The position numbers were made by a program, and so were the translations under genes. Positions 48,965 through 61,972 of a stretch of 64,000 nucleotides of DNA are shown here, piece after piece. The first letter of the stretch is position 1, and the number at the start of each line of letters is the position of its first letter. Location: the NCBI GenBank assembly GCA_039715075.1, contig JBDLIC010000005.1:202-64201 (forward strand), read 5' to 3'. Below the pieces are notes generated by a model. It worked only from the letters and a program-made list of their open reading frames with translations, was not told where the DNA came from and made no database searches. The stretch comes from Nitrospirota bacterium (GTDB lineage: Bacteria; Nitrospirota; Thermodesulfovibrionia; UBA6902).

Positions 48965-51568
48965 TTACTCCTTTTTCAATTTTCTGAACAGCTGTCTTTC
49001 CATTATCTTTATCAGGGACGGAAGAATATACATTGTCGCCATTCCGGATATGGCCATGATGCTTGCCAGGAAAATACCGACCGTATTGTAGGGTACCAGC
49101 GATGCTGCCAGAAGAGGTGTGAAACCGATGGCAATAACTATGACATTTCTTGTAATGGCCCTTGCCGGTTCCTCAAACATTTCAACGATTACCTTTTCCC
49201 ATGAACCATATTTTTTATAGAGCATCCGTGACCGTTCAAGAAAGTGGATGGCAAAATCAACGGCCAGTCCCAGGGTCAATGACGACAGCACAGCAACAGG
49301 CATGTCATAATCTTTTCCTGCAACCCCGATAATTCCATAAATAAGGGCAATAGTTACGGAAAGCGGTATCATTGCGAGAATTCCCCAGAATGGTGAACGG
49401 AACAGTATTGTCATCATTATAAATACAACAGCGAAGCTGCTCAGGAATGATTTGAGCATACCCCAAACCATCTTGTCCTGCCAGACAATATTCAGATATG
49501 TGAGGCCTGCCCAGTCTGCCTTCAGAGGCACAGGCGCCGGGTTCTTATCAAGGTACTTGTCTATTGTCTGCACGACCCTTTCCATGTCCCTGTTGTCACC
49601 GCTTTTTAACTGCAGCCATATATTGGCTTTTTTATAATCAGGTGTGACAAGATGCCATAAATCGTCAGGTTTGTGGCTGTTCTGAAAAGATATAAGAGTC
49701 TGGGCCACAGCCGGGACAGTTTCAGGAATTTTATAATTGCGCGGATCGCCTTCAAACAGTTCCTGATACACCTTTTTAACAAGATCGGCAACCGAATTGC
49801 TTTTACCGACAACATCAGAGTTAAGGAGATGTTCCTGAATGCCCGAAACGTATTCCAGTACATCCGGCCGCTTGAATATCTGGCCGCGGTTTTTCACTGC
49901 CTCAATCCGGTCAAGCGTATCTGCCCAGAAATCATAGGATGCATCATCTGCATTATCCAGCTTTTTATTCCAGCGGTCAATCAGCTGCTCCCAAAATTCC
50001 TCTATGCCTGATACACTGGAAGACGACCACTGAATGAGCGCAGCAGCCTGACCGTAAAGGTCGGGATTTTCTTTGGCTTCTATTCCCGCTTTTACCTCAT
50101 TGAGTACCAGCTCTGTGATGCCGGACAATGTCTCTTTTTTTGGCATCTCCTGCAGTATAAGATATGCCTCATACGTACCGCCGAAATGATGGTTCAGGAC
50201 TTTGTCCGCCAGACGTATAGGATGCGATTTTTTGAACCATTTGACCGGGTTGTCATTGATCTGAATTTTGTTAATGCCGTATATCGCTATAATGAGCGTT
50301 AAGGCTGTTACAGCAAGTACCAGTTTGGAACGTGCATGGGTGACATTGCCTACCCATTTGAGATGCCTTGATAATAGCGTTTCTTTTTCCCCGCCGCTAT
50401 GACCCAGGCCGGCCAGTTGTTTTTCGCTCAGCATCATTATATATGCTGGAATGAAGAGGATGGTGAGCAGCCAGGCAAGAATGATACCGAATGCCACAAA
50501 TATGCCGAAGACCCGGACCGGGGGAATGGGTGTCAGGGCAAGAGAGGCGAATCCCGCAGCCGATGTGAGTGAGGTATACATCATCGGCATAAACAGTTCT
50601 TCCATGACCCCCTCGATCGTCTTTCTGCGGTTGCTGGTCTGCCGGTAGGTATCAAAAAATTCGCTGAGAATATGTATGCCGTCCACCACGGCAATCGGCA
50701 TCAGAAATATCGGTATCATCGAACTCATGATATGAAGAGTGTTGCCTGTTACGATCAAGAGGCCCATTGTGCATATGACCGAAACCATGGCCACAATTAT
50801 GGGGGAAATAATAAGTCCCGGTTTCCTGAAAAAGATAAGCATAAGAATAAAAATGGCGAGCATGGCAAGCGGTGCGGACAGGGCCATCTGGACAAACATT
50901 TCCACACCGAATGTATCTTCTGCAACCGGAAGGCCTGTAATGTGATACTGATCATCAGAACTGCCTTCAAATGATCCGATTTTCTCAAGAAGTCTTTCGC
51001 GTACAAAATAGGCAAAGTCTTTTGAGGTAATCGGGATATAAATTCCCAGCGCCTTCCCGTCCTCTGAAACCAGCGTGCCCTTGAGGAGTGGATTGCTCAT
51101 GGCGTTGTCACGGACCTTTAATGCCTGTTCCCTGGTTTCCGGAGGCTGTTTCATAAGCCATTTGAAACGTATCTGTCCCGGACCTGCCTGCTCGATAATG
51201 TCTACATTACCGGGTGCCATAAGGTCACTTGTGACAACCTGCCATTCCGGTCTGTCCGGTTTCTGCAGTCCCCTGATGAATCCGGTCAGTTCGTGAACGC
51301 GCCCGAGGGTTTCAATATTAAATACACCGTCAGGATGAGTTTCATTAACAACTCCGAGAATGACCACATCATGCAGATTGAAGTCTTTCTTCGCCTGATC
51401 GTGAAATACTCGTACCGGCTCATGGTCAGCCAGCATATTTTCCGGATCAGTATCAACCTGTACAAGGCTGATCATTGCACCGAGCATGATTGTGATCACA
51501 ACCATTACAATTGTGATGGTCCCGGGTCTGTTGATGGAATATTGGACTATGTTGCCTGCAAGTTTCAT
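48965..51568 (-). CDS. MMPL/RND-family transporter
   Basis: two TM bundles with large periplasmic domains; IAVVDGIH, TSLTSAAGF, GLAVDFAIH. Confidence 0.92.
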   Translation of the reverse strand: MKLAGNIVQYSINRPGTITIVMVVITIMLGAMISLVQVDTDPENMLADHEPVRVFHDQAKKDFNLHDVVILGVVNETHPDGVFNIETLGRVHELTGFIRGLQKPDRPEWQVVTSDLMAPGNVDIIEQAGPGQIRFKWLMKQPPETREQALKVRDNAMSNPLLKGTLVSEDGKALGIYIPITSKDFAYFVRERLLEKIGSFEGSSDDQYHITGLPVAEDTFGVEMFVQMALSAPLAMLAIFILMLIFFRKPGLIISPIIVAMVSVICTMGLLIVTGNTLHIMSSMIPIFLMPIAVVDGIHILSEFFDTYRQTSNRRKTIEGVMEELFMPMMYTSLTSAAGFASLALTPIPPVRVFGIFVAFGIILAWLLTILFIPAYIMMLSEKQLAGLGHSGGEKETLLSRHLKWVGNVTHARSKLVLAVTALTLIIAIYGINKIQINDNPVKWFKKSHPIRLADKVLNHHFGGTYEAYLILQEMPKKETLSGITELVLNEVKAGIEAKENPDLYGQAAALIQWSSSSVSGIEEFWEQLIDRWNKKLDNADDASYDFWADTLDRIEAVKNRGQIFKRPDVLEYVSGIQEHLLNSDVVGKSNSVADLVKKVYQELFEGDPRNYKIPETVPAVAQTLISFQNSHKPDDLWHLVTPDYKKANIWLQLKSGDNRDMERVVQTIDKYLDKNPAPVPLKADWAGLTYLNIVWQDKMVWGMLKSFLSSFAVVFIMMTILFRSPFWGILAMIPLSVTIALIYGIIGVAGKDYDMPVAVLSSLTLGLAVDFAIHFLERSRMLYKKYGSWEKVIVEMFEEPARAITRNVIVIAIGFTPLLAASLVPYNTVGIFLASIMAISGMATMYILPSLIKIMERQLFRKLKKE

Positions 51569-51751
51569 TTTCTATATATTTATGGAATGTTTTTCTTTAA
51601 TTAATTAATAAATAAAGATATTACTTATTAATAGTAATTCTACTATGTTTTAGATAAAAGGGGAATATCAGTGATTTCCTTCCATAATGGGCACATCGGG
51701 TGAAAGTCTGAAAGTGAATGATTTGAAAAAGAAATCTACCGGCAGTATGGC

Positions 51752-51804
51752 AGGGTCAGATTTAACAGTTGATATTAATATTTCAATATTTACAGGCTGA
51801 CCCC
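51752..51804. repeat. orphan GGGTCAG...CTGACCCC inverted pair (RAYT-end-like miniature)
   Basis: GGGTCAGATTTAACAGTTGATATT...AATATTTCAATATTTACAGGCTGACCCC. Confidence 0.55.
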
Positions 51805-52051
51805 ACCGTTGAGTCAGTCCGAATTCCGTTGAATGCTGCTATTATCAACACCCTTAAATCTTACTTCCAAAAATATTATTACGAAGCGAATCAACAAAGC
51901 ATAATTCGGCAAATAGATAATGTGCGCAACTATTAAGTGGCATTATTTCCAGATTAAATCATTTAAGTAGATAGACGTAGTTTATCGTAGTAAATTATAA
52001 TATAGAGAACAAGTATACAGAATAAAGATTCTTATAAGACAAGAGGTAAAT

Positions 52052-52378
52052 ATGACTAAAAAATTAAACTGCTGGGAGTTTGAAAAGTGTGGCAGAGAAC
52101 CAGGGGGGGCAAAAGTAACTGAGCATGGTGTATGTCCCGCAGCAACTGAAACTGCTGCCAATGGAATAAATGAAGGCAAAAATGGAGGTCGGATATGTTG
52201 GGCCATTGCGGGGACGTTTTGTAAAGAGAAAGTTAAGGGGAAATTTGCTAAAGAGAAATTTTCCTGTATGAGTTGTGATTTTTTTAAATTGGTAGATGAG
52301 GAAGAAAATATTAATGATTACGAAATATTAACACCAGTTCAGTTAAAAGAGTTTCTCGCGAATCGCAAAAAGCGGTGA
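52052..52378 (+). CDS. two-CW domain Cys-rich protein
   Basis: LNCWEFEKCGRE, CPA, GRICWAIAGTFC, CMSCDFF; GAGG RBS. Confidence 0.85.
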   Translation: MTKKLNCWEFEKCGREPGGAKVTEHGVCPAATETAANGINEGKNGGRICWAIAGTFCKEKVKGKFAKEKFSCMSCDFFKLVDEEENINDYEILTPVQLKEFLANRKKR

Positions 52379-52865
52379 GTCATTAAAGCAATAACTGAGA
52401 GACTGTATTTCAGAGCAACACGCTATTATTGAAGTAATATTTTTACAGATTTTCAACCGTTAATCTTCAATTTTAACGTTACAATAGAATATTGATACCA
52501 TGATGTTACAACCAAAATATGAGCGATCTCAATTTTATTCATAACCAGGTAGAACCTTCAAGTCTGACAGGAGCATAATCCAACGATAACCGTTTCAAAT
52601 CTACACTAATAAAAACCAATAAAGAAGTGCAGACTTTAGTCTACAATGTTAATTTTGATTCAGCTTATTAAAAAGGGAGACTTCAATCCATAATACTCAT
52701 GTTTTTGTTCTTAAGATTAATACTGTATGTTATTATGCTTCCGGAATTATATATTTGTACTTTATAGGTGTTTTAACATATAATTTTTGAGAAAGTTATC
52801 TGCAGGAGATAATGGGGTTATACTGTGTTAATGCTTATAATTTCTAATATATAAAGGAGAATACA

Positions 52866-53159
52866 ATGGCTTCAGATGTGAGTGAATTAACGATCAATTT
52901 TAAGGAAGATGATGTGCTGCTGGTCAAGGAAATCGACAAAGAGGTCCTTTCCAAGGGCGCATGGGCTACAATTCTGTACAGATACCAGCAGCTGGACCGG
53001 AAGACTAATGAGTACGGCAAAGAGCAGTATTCCATACGCCGCTACCAAAAGAGGAGCGGGACGTACAACCAGAAATCCAAATTCAATATCTCCAGCCAGG
53101 ACCAGGCAAAGAAGATCATCGAGGTGCTCCAGAGATGGATGGCTGAGTCTGAGGCATAG
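52866..53159 (+). CDS. conserved hypothetical protein (possibly PC4-like fold)
   Basis: 97 aa, AAGGAG RBS; KGAWATI, YSIRRYQKR, SKFNISS. Confidence 0.8.
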   Translation: MASDVSELTINFKEDDVLLVKEIDKEVLSKGAWATILYRYQQLDRKTNEYGKEQYSIRRYQKRSGTYNQKSKFNISSQDQAKKIIEVLQRWMAESEA

Positions 53160-53165
53160 CAGGCT

Positions 53166-55655
<2,490 letters not shown>

Positions 55656-55793
55656 CCTCTTGATTCCAAACTAAAATAAAGCTTACCTTTAATTAAAGAA
55701 CAAATTCAAATATCTTTCAGATTACTACTTAAGTTAAATGTGATTTTTGCCGATATTAACTACTATCGACAGCTTAATAAAAAGGGATGAGAT

Positions 55794-57413
55794 TTGCTTA
55801 ATTTACTTCTGAAGAATATTGCGCAGAGAAATGACTTTTGCGTCCAGGGCGTGACCTCTCTGAAAGATTTAATTGAAATAATGAACATCAATCAGAAGGG
55901 TGTTGTTGTGGTGCTCGAAGATAGCTGTCCTGTCGGAATTATCACTGAAAGGGACATTGTCGAAATTCTGTACAAAGGAATTTCACTCGAAGACAGGGTG
56001 GAGAAACATGCAAAAAAAGAGCTGGTTAAGACCGAAGGAGAGAGGAACATAGGGTATGCCCTGAATTTGATGATAGATAACAGGATCCGGAGGCTGATAA
56101 TTACGGACGAGGAAGATCAGTTTGAGGGAATAGTTACTCATCAGGACCTGCTTAAATACCTTGAAGAAGATTTCTACCGGCTCTCAATCAAGATCAAACA
56201 TATATTGAAAATGCCGGAACATATTATAAGTGTTTCCCGCAATGATACACTGGACAGTGTGCTCGAGACAATGGTCGGCAACAGAATCAGCGCTGTTCCT
56301 GTAATTGAGGATAGGAAGGCTGTCGGGATAATTACAGAAAAAGACATACTGAAGCTGGCTGTCGGCAGGGTCTCTGTTGACTGTAAAGCAGAGGAATATA
56401 TGTCCAGCCCGGTCAATACCGCTACTCTTGATACACCGGTTGTCGAGGTTGTTGAGGTAATGAATTTCAGAAACATTCGGAGAATGGTCATTGTAGACGG
56501 GGAAGGTTATGCCATCAACATAGTTACGGTAAGGGACGTTATTGAGAACCTTGAAGGCGACTACAGCAAGTTTCTCGAGAGGAAACTCAATAATGCGAAG
56601 GAGATCCTTAACCTGCTCCCCGAGATGCTTCTTGAGGTTCTTGATACCGGAAATGAGCAGGTGATCATATGGGCAAATGATAAAATCATCGATTGGTTCG
56701 GAAGGGACATCCTGGGTAAACCGATCAGCGAGTTTCTCCCCCTGGAACACTGGGACATTATTTATACGACACTTCGCAAATTAAAGAAGATTGAGAACCT
56801 GAAGCTGAAAAAGGACAACAGGATTTATGAACTCTCAGGGTTCTTCATTGACACAGAAGGGCTGATGGAAAAAGGAAGGTTTCAATTGATTATGAGGGAC
56901 ATCACCGAGGAGGTAAGGCTGTCCACTATCGATCATCTTACTAATATCTATAACAAAAGATTTATCAACGGGTTTCTCCTTAAAGAGATAGAGAGAAGCC
57001 GAAGGCTTAATAAGCAGTTTTCGATCGTAATATGTGACATGGACGATTTCAAAAGAATTAATGACACGTATGGCCATATGTCCGGGGACATGGTGATCAA
57101 ATCTTTTTCACAGATCCTGAATAAATCCATCAGGAACCTGGATGTTACCGGAAGATATGGAGGAGATGAGTTCGTGATTATTTTACCGGAGACCTCCAGT
57201 GAAGATGCCTACGGAATTATTGACAGATTGAGAATTGAGATTGAAGGGACTGAATTTCGTGTGATGAACGAAGAGAAGATCAGCATAACGGCCAGCTTCG
57301 GGATCGCAACTTTCCCGCAGGACGGCATGTCATCGGATGATCTTATAATTGCGAGTGATGAAAGGTTGTATAAGGCCAAGAATCTCGGTAAGAACAGTAT
57401 TTCCTGTTGTTAA
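55794..57413 (+). CDS. diguanylate cyclase with four CBS domains and PAS-like region
   Basis: GIITERD, GIVTHQD, GIITEKD, NIVTVRD; RNLD I-site; GGDEF. Confidence 0.92.
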   Translation: MLNLLLKNIAQRNDFCVQGVTSLKDLIEIMNINQKGVVVVLEDSCPVGIITERDIVEILYKGISLEDRVEKHAKKELVKTEGERNIGYALNLMIDNRIRRLIITDEEDQFEGIVTHQDLLKYLEEDFYRLSIKIKHILKMPEHIISVSRNDTLDSVLETMVGNRISAVPVIEDRKAVGIITEKDILKLAVGRVSVDCKAEEYMSSPVNTATLDTPVVEVVEVMNFRNIRRMVIVDGEGYAINIVTVRDVIENLEGDYSKFLERKLNNAKEILNLLPEMLLEVLDTGNEQVIIWANDKIIDWFGRDILGKPISEFLPLEHWDIIYTTLRKLKKIENLKLKKDNRIYELSGFFIDTEGLMEKGRFQLIMRDITEEVRLSTIDHLTNIYNKRFINGFLLKEIERSRRLNKQFSIVICDMDDFKRINDTYGHMSGDMVIKSFSQILNKSIRNLDVTGRYGGDEFVIILPETSSEDAYGIIDRLRIEIEGTEFRVMNEEKISITASFGIATFPQDGMSSDDLIIASDERLYKAKNLGKNSISCC

Positions 57414-57688
57414 TAGCTGACAGCCATCATATAGACTTACAGATATTAAGAAGTTGCTTCGAAGCTTATATCCATACCATTCAGTTTTGTCTTCAGGAAT
57501 AATTCTGCCTTTTTGATTTTGAACAGTTTTTTATTTGAAAATGTTTTTCTGCATGTTACAATTCTACAGACCCGCAGCTCTTAGTTTGACTATTGTTAGC
57601 CCACATGACGAATAGATTGCCGGGAAGCAGAAATAGTGCACGATTTCCTTAACAGTCATAAAAAATGATTTAAGAACTGGAGAAATAC

Positions 57689-58288
57689 ATGGCAAAGGCC
57701 AAAAAGAACAACAACACCGAAGAGCCGATTGAAAAACAGCTTTGGAAAGCAGCCGATAAACTCAGGAAAAATATTGATGCCGCTGAATACAAGCACATTG
57801 TTCTGGGATTAATATTTCTGAAGTATATTTCTGATGCTTTTGAAGAATTGTTTGACAAACTGAAAAAAGGTGAAGGCGAATATGCTGGTGCTGACCCGGA
57901 AGACAAAGACGAATACAAGGCAGAGAACGTGTTCTTTGTGCCACCTTCTGCGCGGTGGAGTTTCTTAAGAACCCATGCCAAACAGCCTACTATCGGCAAA
58001 ACTGTTGATGAGGCAATGGATGCCATAGAACGGGAAAACGCATCTCTTAGGGATGTATTACCCAAAGTATTTGCCCGTGGCAACCTTGACCCGACAAATC
58101 TTGGCGGTCTTATTGACCTGATAAGTAATATTGCGTTGGGTGATGCCAAAGCCCGAAGCGCCGATGTGCTGGGGCATGTGTTTGAATATTTCCTGGGTGA
58201 ATTTGCTCTGGCGGAGGGGAAAAAGGGCGATCAGTTCTATACCCCGCGGAGTGTTGTTGAATTGCTGGTAGAAATTGCGAGTGTTTAA
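57689..58288 (+). pseudogene. hsdM: truncated type I restriction-modification methyltransferase (N-terminal part only)
   Basis: [27 protein letters not shown], then ends before the DPACG and NPPF motifs; no hsdS/hsdR nearby. Confidence 0.85.
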
Positions 58289-58497
58289 TAAAGATGTAGT
58301 ATTGGCGATATGGAGTAATGGTGAGTGTGGTCTGATCTTTATCCGTGACAATGTTGAGGATTACATCACAACAGATTAGGATAGATAATAAATTAAATGG
58401 GTGACTCCTCTGCTTGTTGGCTGAAAAGCAGAAAAACTGTCACAGGTAAAAATGCGACTATACTGAGAAATTATTTTAGAAAGGGACAGTATAAGAA

Positions 58498-59178
58498 ATG
58501 GGAAAAAAGCAATCAAAAGGAGCATGTTTACTTTGCAATTCTATGTTTGGTAAGGCGGGGATGACAAAGCATTTACAGTCATGCATACAAAAAAACGTCA
58601 TTTCTGAAAAAGCATCAGGGGAGCGGAAACCTGAACAAGACAAAAAGTTTTTCCACATCTTAGTTGAGGGATATAATTATCCTGAGTATTGGATACATCT
58701 CAAAGCATTAACAAACGCAAAGCTTAAAGATTTAGATCATTTCCTTCGTGATATTTGGTTGGAGTGTTGTGGACACTTGAGTGCATTCGAAATTCAAGGA
58801 ACGAGATACACATCATCACCAATGGCAGAATATAATGAAAAAGGAATGAACAAAAAATTGGGAGATATTCTTGGTCAAGATATAAAGTTTTTCCATGAGT
58901 ACGACTTTGGGACTACTACTGCGCTTACCCTGAGAGTTGTATCAGAGGGAGAAGCCGAAACAGGAAGTAAATCTTTTCAAATTTTAGCAAGGAATGACCC
59001 GCCATCAATAACGTGCAGTAACTGTAAAAATTCAGCTACACATATATGTGCTGAGTGTATCTATTCCGGAGAGGGATGGCTTTGTGATAAATGTGCTCAT
59101 GAGCACGATTGCGGTGAAGATATGTTGCTGCCAGTGGTGAATTCACCACGAGTTGGAATGTGTGGATACACAGGATAG
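58498..59178 (+). CDS. pRiA4b ORF-3-like (IS1096 passenger-type) protein with Zn-finger ends
   Basis: CLLC...HL..C, LRDIWLECCGHLSAF, EYDFGTTT, PVVNSPRVGMCGYTG. Confidence 0.8.
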   Translation: MGKKQSKGACLLCNSMFGKAGMTKHLQSCIQKNVISEKASGERKPEQDKKFFHILVEGYNYPEYWIHLKALTNAKLKDLDHFLRDIWLECCGHLSAFEIQGTRYTSSPMAEYNEKGMNKKLGDILGQDIKFFHEYDFGTTTALTLRVVSEGEAETGSKSFQILARNDPPSITCSNCKNSATHICAECIYSGEGWLCDKCAHEHDCGEDMLLPVVNSPRVGMCGYTG

Positions 59179-59329
59179 CTGCAGAGAAAAAAACAAGTCC
59201 ATGCGGAGGGACAAGAATTAGCGATATCGTTTTGGTTTTTAATCTTATTTTATTGTTAAACAAATTTTCAGTCTGTTAATATCATTCAGGGTTCTTGACC
59301 CTGATGTCTGCGTTATATAGGAATAAATC

Positions 59330-59653
59330 ATGAAAATAAAATACATTCATAAAATGGTCAATAACTTTAAGGCACTGGATTTATTGAAACTCATCGAATA
59401 TGATGAAAGTGACCTGCCGGATAATATTATTCAGATTATTAGCACACATAAAGATTTTTCGAAATCAAATAAATTTGGAGAAAAAGATTTAGGAGATCCG
59501 CAAGAGTATGAAAAATTAATCATAGAAGATTCGTCCAGTACTAAAGAGTTTGAGTATTACAATAAAGGCATATATTTTATGATGAAGGGCGGTGAAGAGG
59601 ATCGTCCGGTTTTTCAGGTTTTTGCTCATCTAATGTCAATAGAAAGAAAATAA
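59330..59653 (+). CDS. hypothetical protein
   Basis: 107 aa AT-rich ORF with AGGA RBS. Confidence 0.6.
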   Translation: MKIKYIHKMVNNFKALDLLKLIEYDESDLPDNIIQIISTHKDFSKSNKFGEKDLGDPQEYEKLIIEDSSSTKEFEYYNKGIYFMMKGGEEDRPVFQVFAHLMSIERK

Positions 59654-59689
59654 ATGAATCATAATCTGAAAAATCAGAGAGGTATAAAG

Positions 59690-59911
59690 ATGACAACATA
59701 TACTTTTTCAGAAGCACGTCAAAAATTATCATCTGTTCTTGAGCAGGCAAGAGATCAGGGAGAAGTGCTAATCAAAAGAAAAGATGGTTCGTTATTTGTA
59801 GTTAAACCTGTTTCTTCAAAGCAATCACCTCTGGATGTTTCTGGTGTGAATGTTAATATCAAAGCAGAAGAAATTGTAGATATAATTCGTGAAGTTCGTG
59901 AAAGAAACTGA
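59690..59911 (+). CDS. Phd/YefM-family antitoxin (apparently orphan)
   Basis: YTFSEARQKLSSVLE...EVLIKRKDG; GAGG RBS before ATG 59690. Confidence 0.85.
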   Translation: MTTYTFSEARQKLSSVLEQARDQGEVLIKRKDGSLFVVKPVSSKQSPLDVSGVNVNIKAEEIVDIIREVRERN

Positions 59912-60008
59912 TTAATAAAAGATCAGACAGGCATTGGACATTGAATGCGATCTAGCGGTGACTGTTTCGCTGTCATTGTTTTTATATATTTTACAAATTT
60001 AATTCAAA

Positions 60009-61064
60009 CTATTTCGGCCCAAACAGGTTGGGGATTACAAAGGTCTCATACTTTGTCAGCAGGCTTTTAATATTCATGTACTCCAGGTCTTTGGATTTTT
60101 TTTCATCGAAACCGAGTTTTCTGAAATCCAGCATACCGTTTGGAGAGTGGCATTCATCACAGGCTGAGCTTATCTCTTTGCGGGCTATTTCCCTGTGAAA
60201 ATATTCCAGTTCTTTTTCTTTCTCCGCATTGCTCAGACTTTTTTCCCTGTCCAGGAAATCCTTTGCCTTATCGTTGTCTTTTGTGTTCATCAGAAGTTTT
60301 TTATTATGAAATACTGCGATTCTGGATATCAGATATTCAATTTTTGTTTCTCCATCCTGACCGTTCTCCTCTTCAGAGAATATCTTAAGCATCTTTGATA
60401 TCACACCATTACTTTCTTTGGCCTCTTTTTTCTCCTGCTTTTCATGGGTGCCGTAAGGTTCACCGATGAACTCAAAGAGGTCCGGTTTTTTCCAATCATA
60501 GGTAAGTTTTTTTGAAGGTTCTTTTTTGAGGTGGCAAACTTCACAGAGCAAAAAACCTGTATGCATATTTGCCAGCGCCCTTACTTTTTTGTTATTGCTG
60601 TGAGGATAAAGCGGATGACAGACCCTGCAGGATGATTTGTCCTCTAAACGTGTAATGGCAAAGATCTCGTCTTTATGATATTCGCTAAGTGCCGAGGCGT
60701 CCGTGGCATCAATTTTTTCCCTGTCTTCAAAGTGGCAGGTCTTTGTGCATTCGACTTTTGTCTTGCCTGTATGCGGGATTTCGACTACCTCTGCATGGCA
60801 CTTTTTGCAGTTAACTTTTCCGTGGGCAGATGCAAGATGCTTTTCCTCATCAATATGCAGCATTTTGAAATCACCGTTCTCCTCCAGTCGTACAAGGCCG
60901 GGATACTGGTGGCAGGTAAGACACCCGCCTTTGTCAACCGCGAAACTGATATTGAACGTACTCAGTAAGATATATACAGCTGATAAAAGCAGAATAGAAT
61001 TAATTGTTTTTCTCAATTTGATTTTAGTATCCTGGTTTATTGACGGCAGTTTCCAGCAAAACAT
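60009..61064 (-). CDS. periplasmic multiheme cytochrome c (5 CXXCH + 1 CX3CH)
   Basis: CLTCH, CKKCH, CTKTCH, CRVCH, CEVCH, CDECH; signal-like hydrophobic stretch; start may be a downstream TTG. Confidence 0.88.
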   Translation of the reverse strand: MFCWKLPSINQDTKIKLRKTINSILLLSAVYILLSTFNISFAVDKGGCLTCHQYPGLVRLEENGDFKMLHIDEEKHLASAHGKVNCKKCHAEVVEIPHTGKTKVECTKTCHFEDREKIDATDASALSEYHKDEIFAITRLEDKSSCRVCHPLYPHSNNKKVRALANMHTGFLLCEVCHLKKEPSKKLTYDWKKPDLFEFIGEPYGTHEKQEKKEAKESNGVISKMLKIFSEEENGQDGETKIEYLISRIAVFHNKKLLMNTKDNDKAKDFLDREKSLSNAEKEKELEYFHREIARKEISSACDECHSPNGMLDFRKLGFDEKKSKDLEYMNIKSLLTKYETFVIPNLFGPK

Positions 61065-61192
61065 AATTGTCTGCGGCTTGATAATTTTAATAAATTATCA
61101 ATGTTATAAGCAATATTAGAAGATTTATTGTTCTTATAGTTGTATTTGTGAAAGTGCTGAGGGATAAATTTGAAGAAAAAACAATAATTAAA

Positions 61193-61271
61193 AAATCTCC
61201 CCTGACCCCTCTTTGCTAAAGAGGGGGACTTATGCTCTCCCCCTTTTTAAAAAGGGGGATGTAGGGGGATT
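61193..61271. repeat. full double-hairpin CCCCTCTTT/AAAGAGGGG ... CCCCCTTT/AAAGGGGG element
   Basis: two hairpins enclosed by AATCTCCC / GGGGGATT ends. Confidence 0.7.
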
Positions 61272-61365
61272 ACTAATGAATATCTTCATTATTTTATTTA
61301 GGTTGATAATACTTTGTGCCTGCATTAAACTAATCATTCATTAAATTTAACGGGAGGTTAAGGGA

Positions 61366-61860
61366 ATGGCAGATCATTCATTTGATATTGTAAGCAAGGT
61401 TGATATGCAGGAAGTCATAAACTCTATCCAGCAGGCCATGAAGGAAATCAGCCAGAGGTTTGATTTCAGGGGGAGTAAAAGTGATATAAGCCTGGACAAG
61501 GGAAAGAATGAGATCAGTATTGTTTCTGATGATGATTACAAGTTGAAGAGCGTTATTGATATCCTCGAGGGCAAGTTCGTAAAAAGGAAGGTGCCTCTGA
61601 AGGCATTGAATTTCGGGAAAGTTGAGGCAGCACTCTCCGGAACAGTAAAGCAGATTGTGACCCTTCAGGAGGGTATCCCGACCGAAAAGAGCAAAGAGAT
61701 TGTGAAGATGATAAAAAATACAAAGCTGAAGGTCCAGTCGGAGATCCAGAAAGACCAGCTTCGTGTAAGGGCAAAAAAGATTGATGATCTGCAATCGGTA
61801 ATGCAGTTTTTAAAGGAAAAGGACCTCGGGATTCATGTGGATTTTATGAATTACAGGTAA
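61366..61860 (+). CDS. yajQ: YajQ-family nucleotide-binding protein
   Basis: SFDIVSKVD.QEV.N, RFDFRGS, KKIDDLQ, NYR end. Confidence 0.95.
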   Translation: MADHSFDIVSKVDMQEVINSIQQAMKEISQRFDFRGSKSDISLDKGKNEISIVSDDDYKLKSVIDILEGKFVKRKVPLKALNFGKVEAALSGTVKQIVTLQEGIPTEKSKEIVKMIKNTKLKVQSEIQKDQLRVRAKKIDDLQSVMQFLKEKDLGIHVDFMNYR

Positions 61861-61865
61861 ACAAA

Positions 61866-61950
61866 AAGGGTCCAAGGGGTCCAGGGTTTAAGTGGTCAAG
61901 GGTAGAAACTTTTCACTTGAACCCTCGAAACCTTGAATCCTCGAACCCTT
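61866..61950. repeat. inverted pair of degenerate octamer arrays (AGGGTCCA-like / ACCCTCGA-like)
   Basis: left arm 61866-61903, right arm 61915-61950. Confidence 0.7.
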
Positions 61951-61972
61951 TCTTTATTGTATAATACGGACT

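Noticed and set aside
57420-59990. Integron cassette array
   Set aside because: Short AT-rich co-oriented genes, but no convincing paired attC boxes and no integrase in the window
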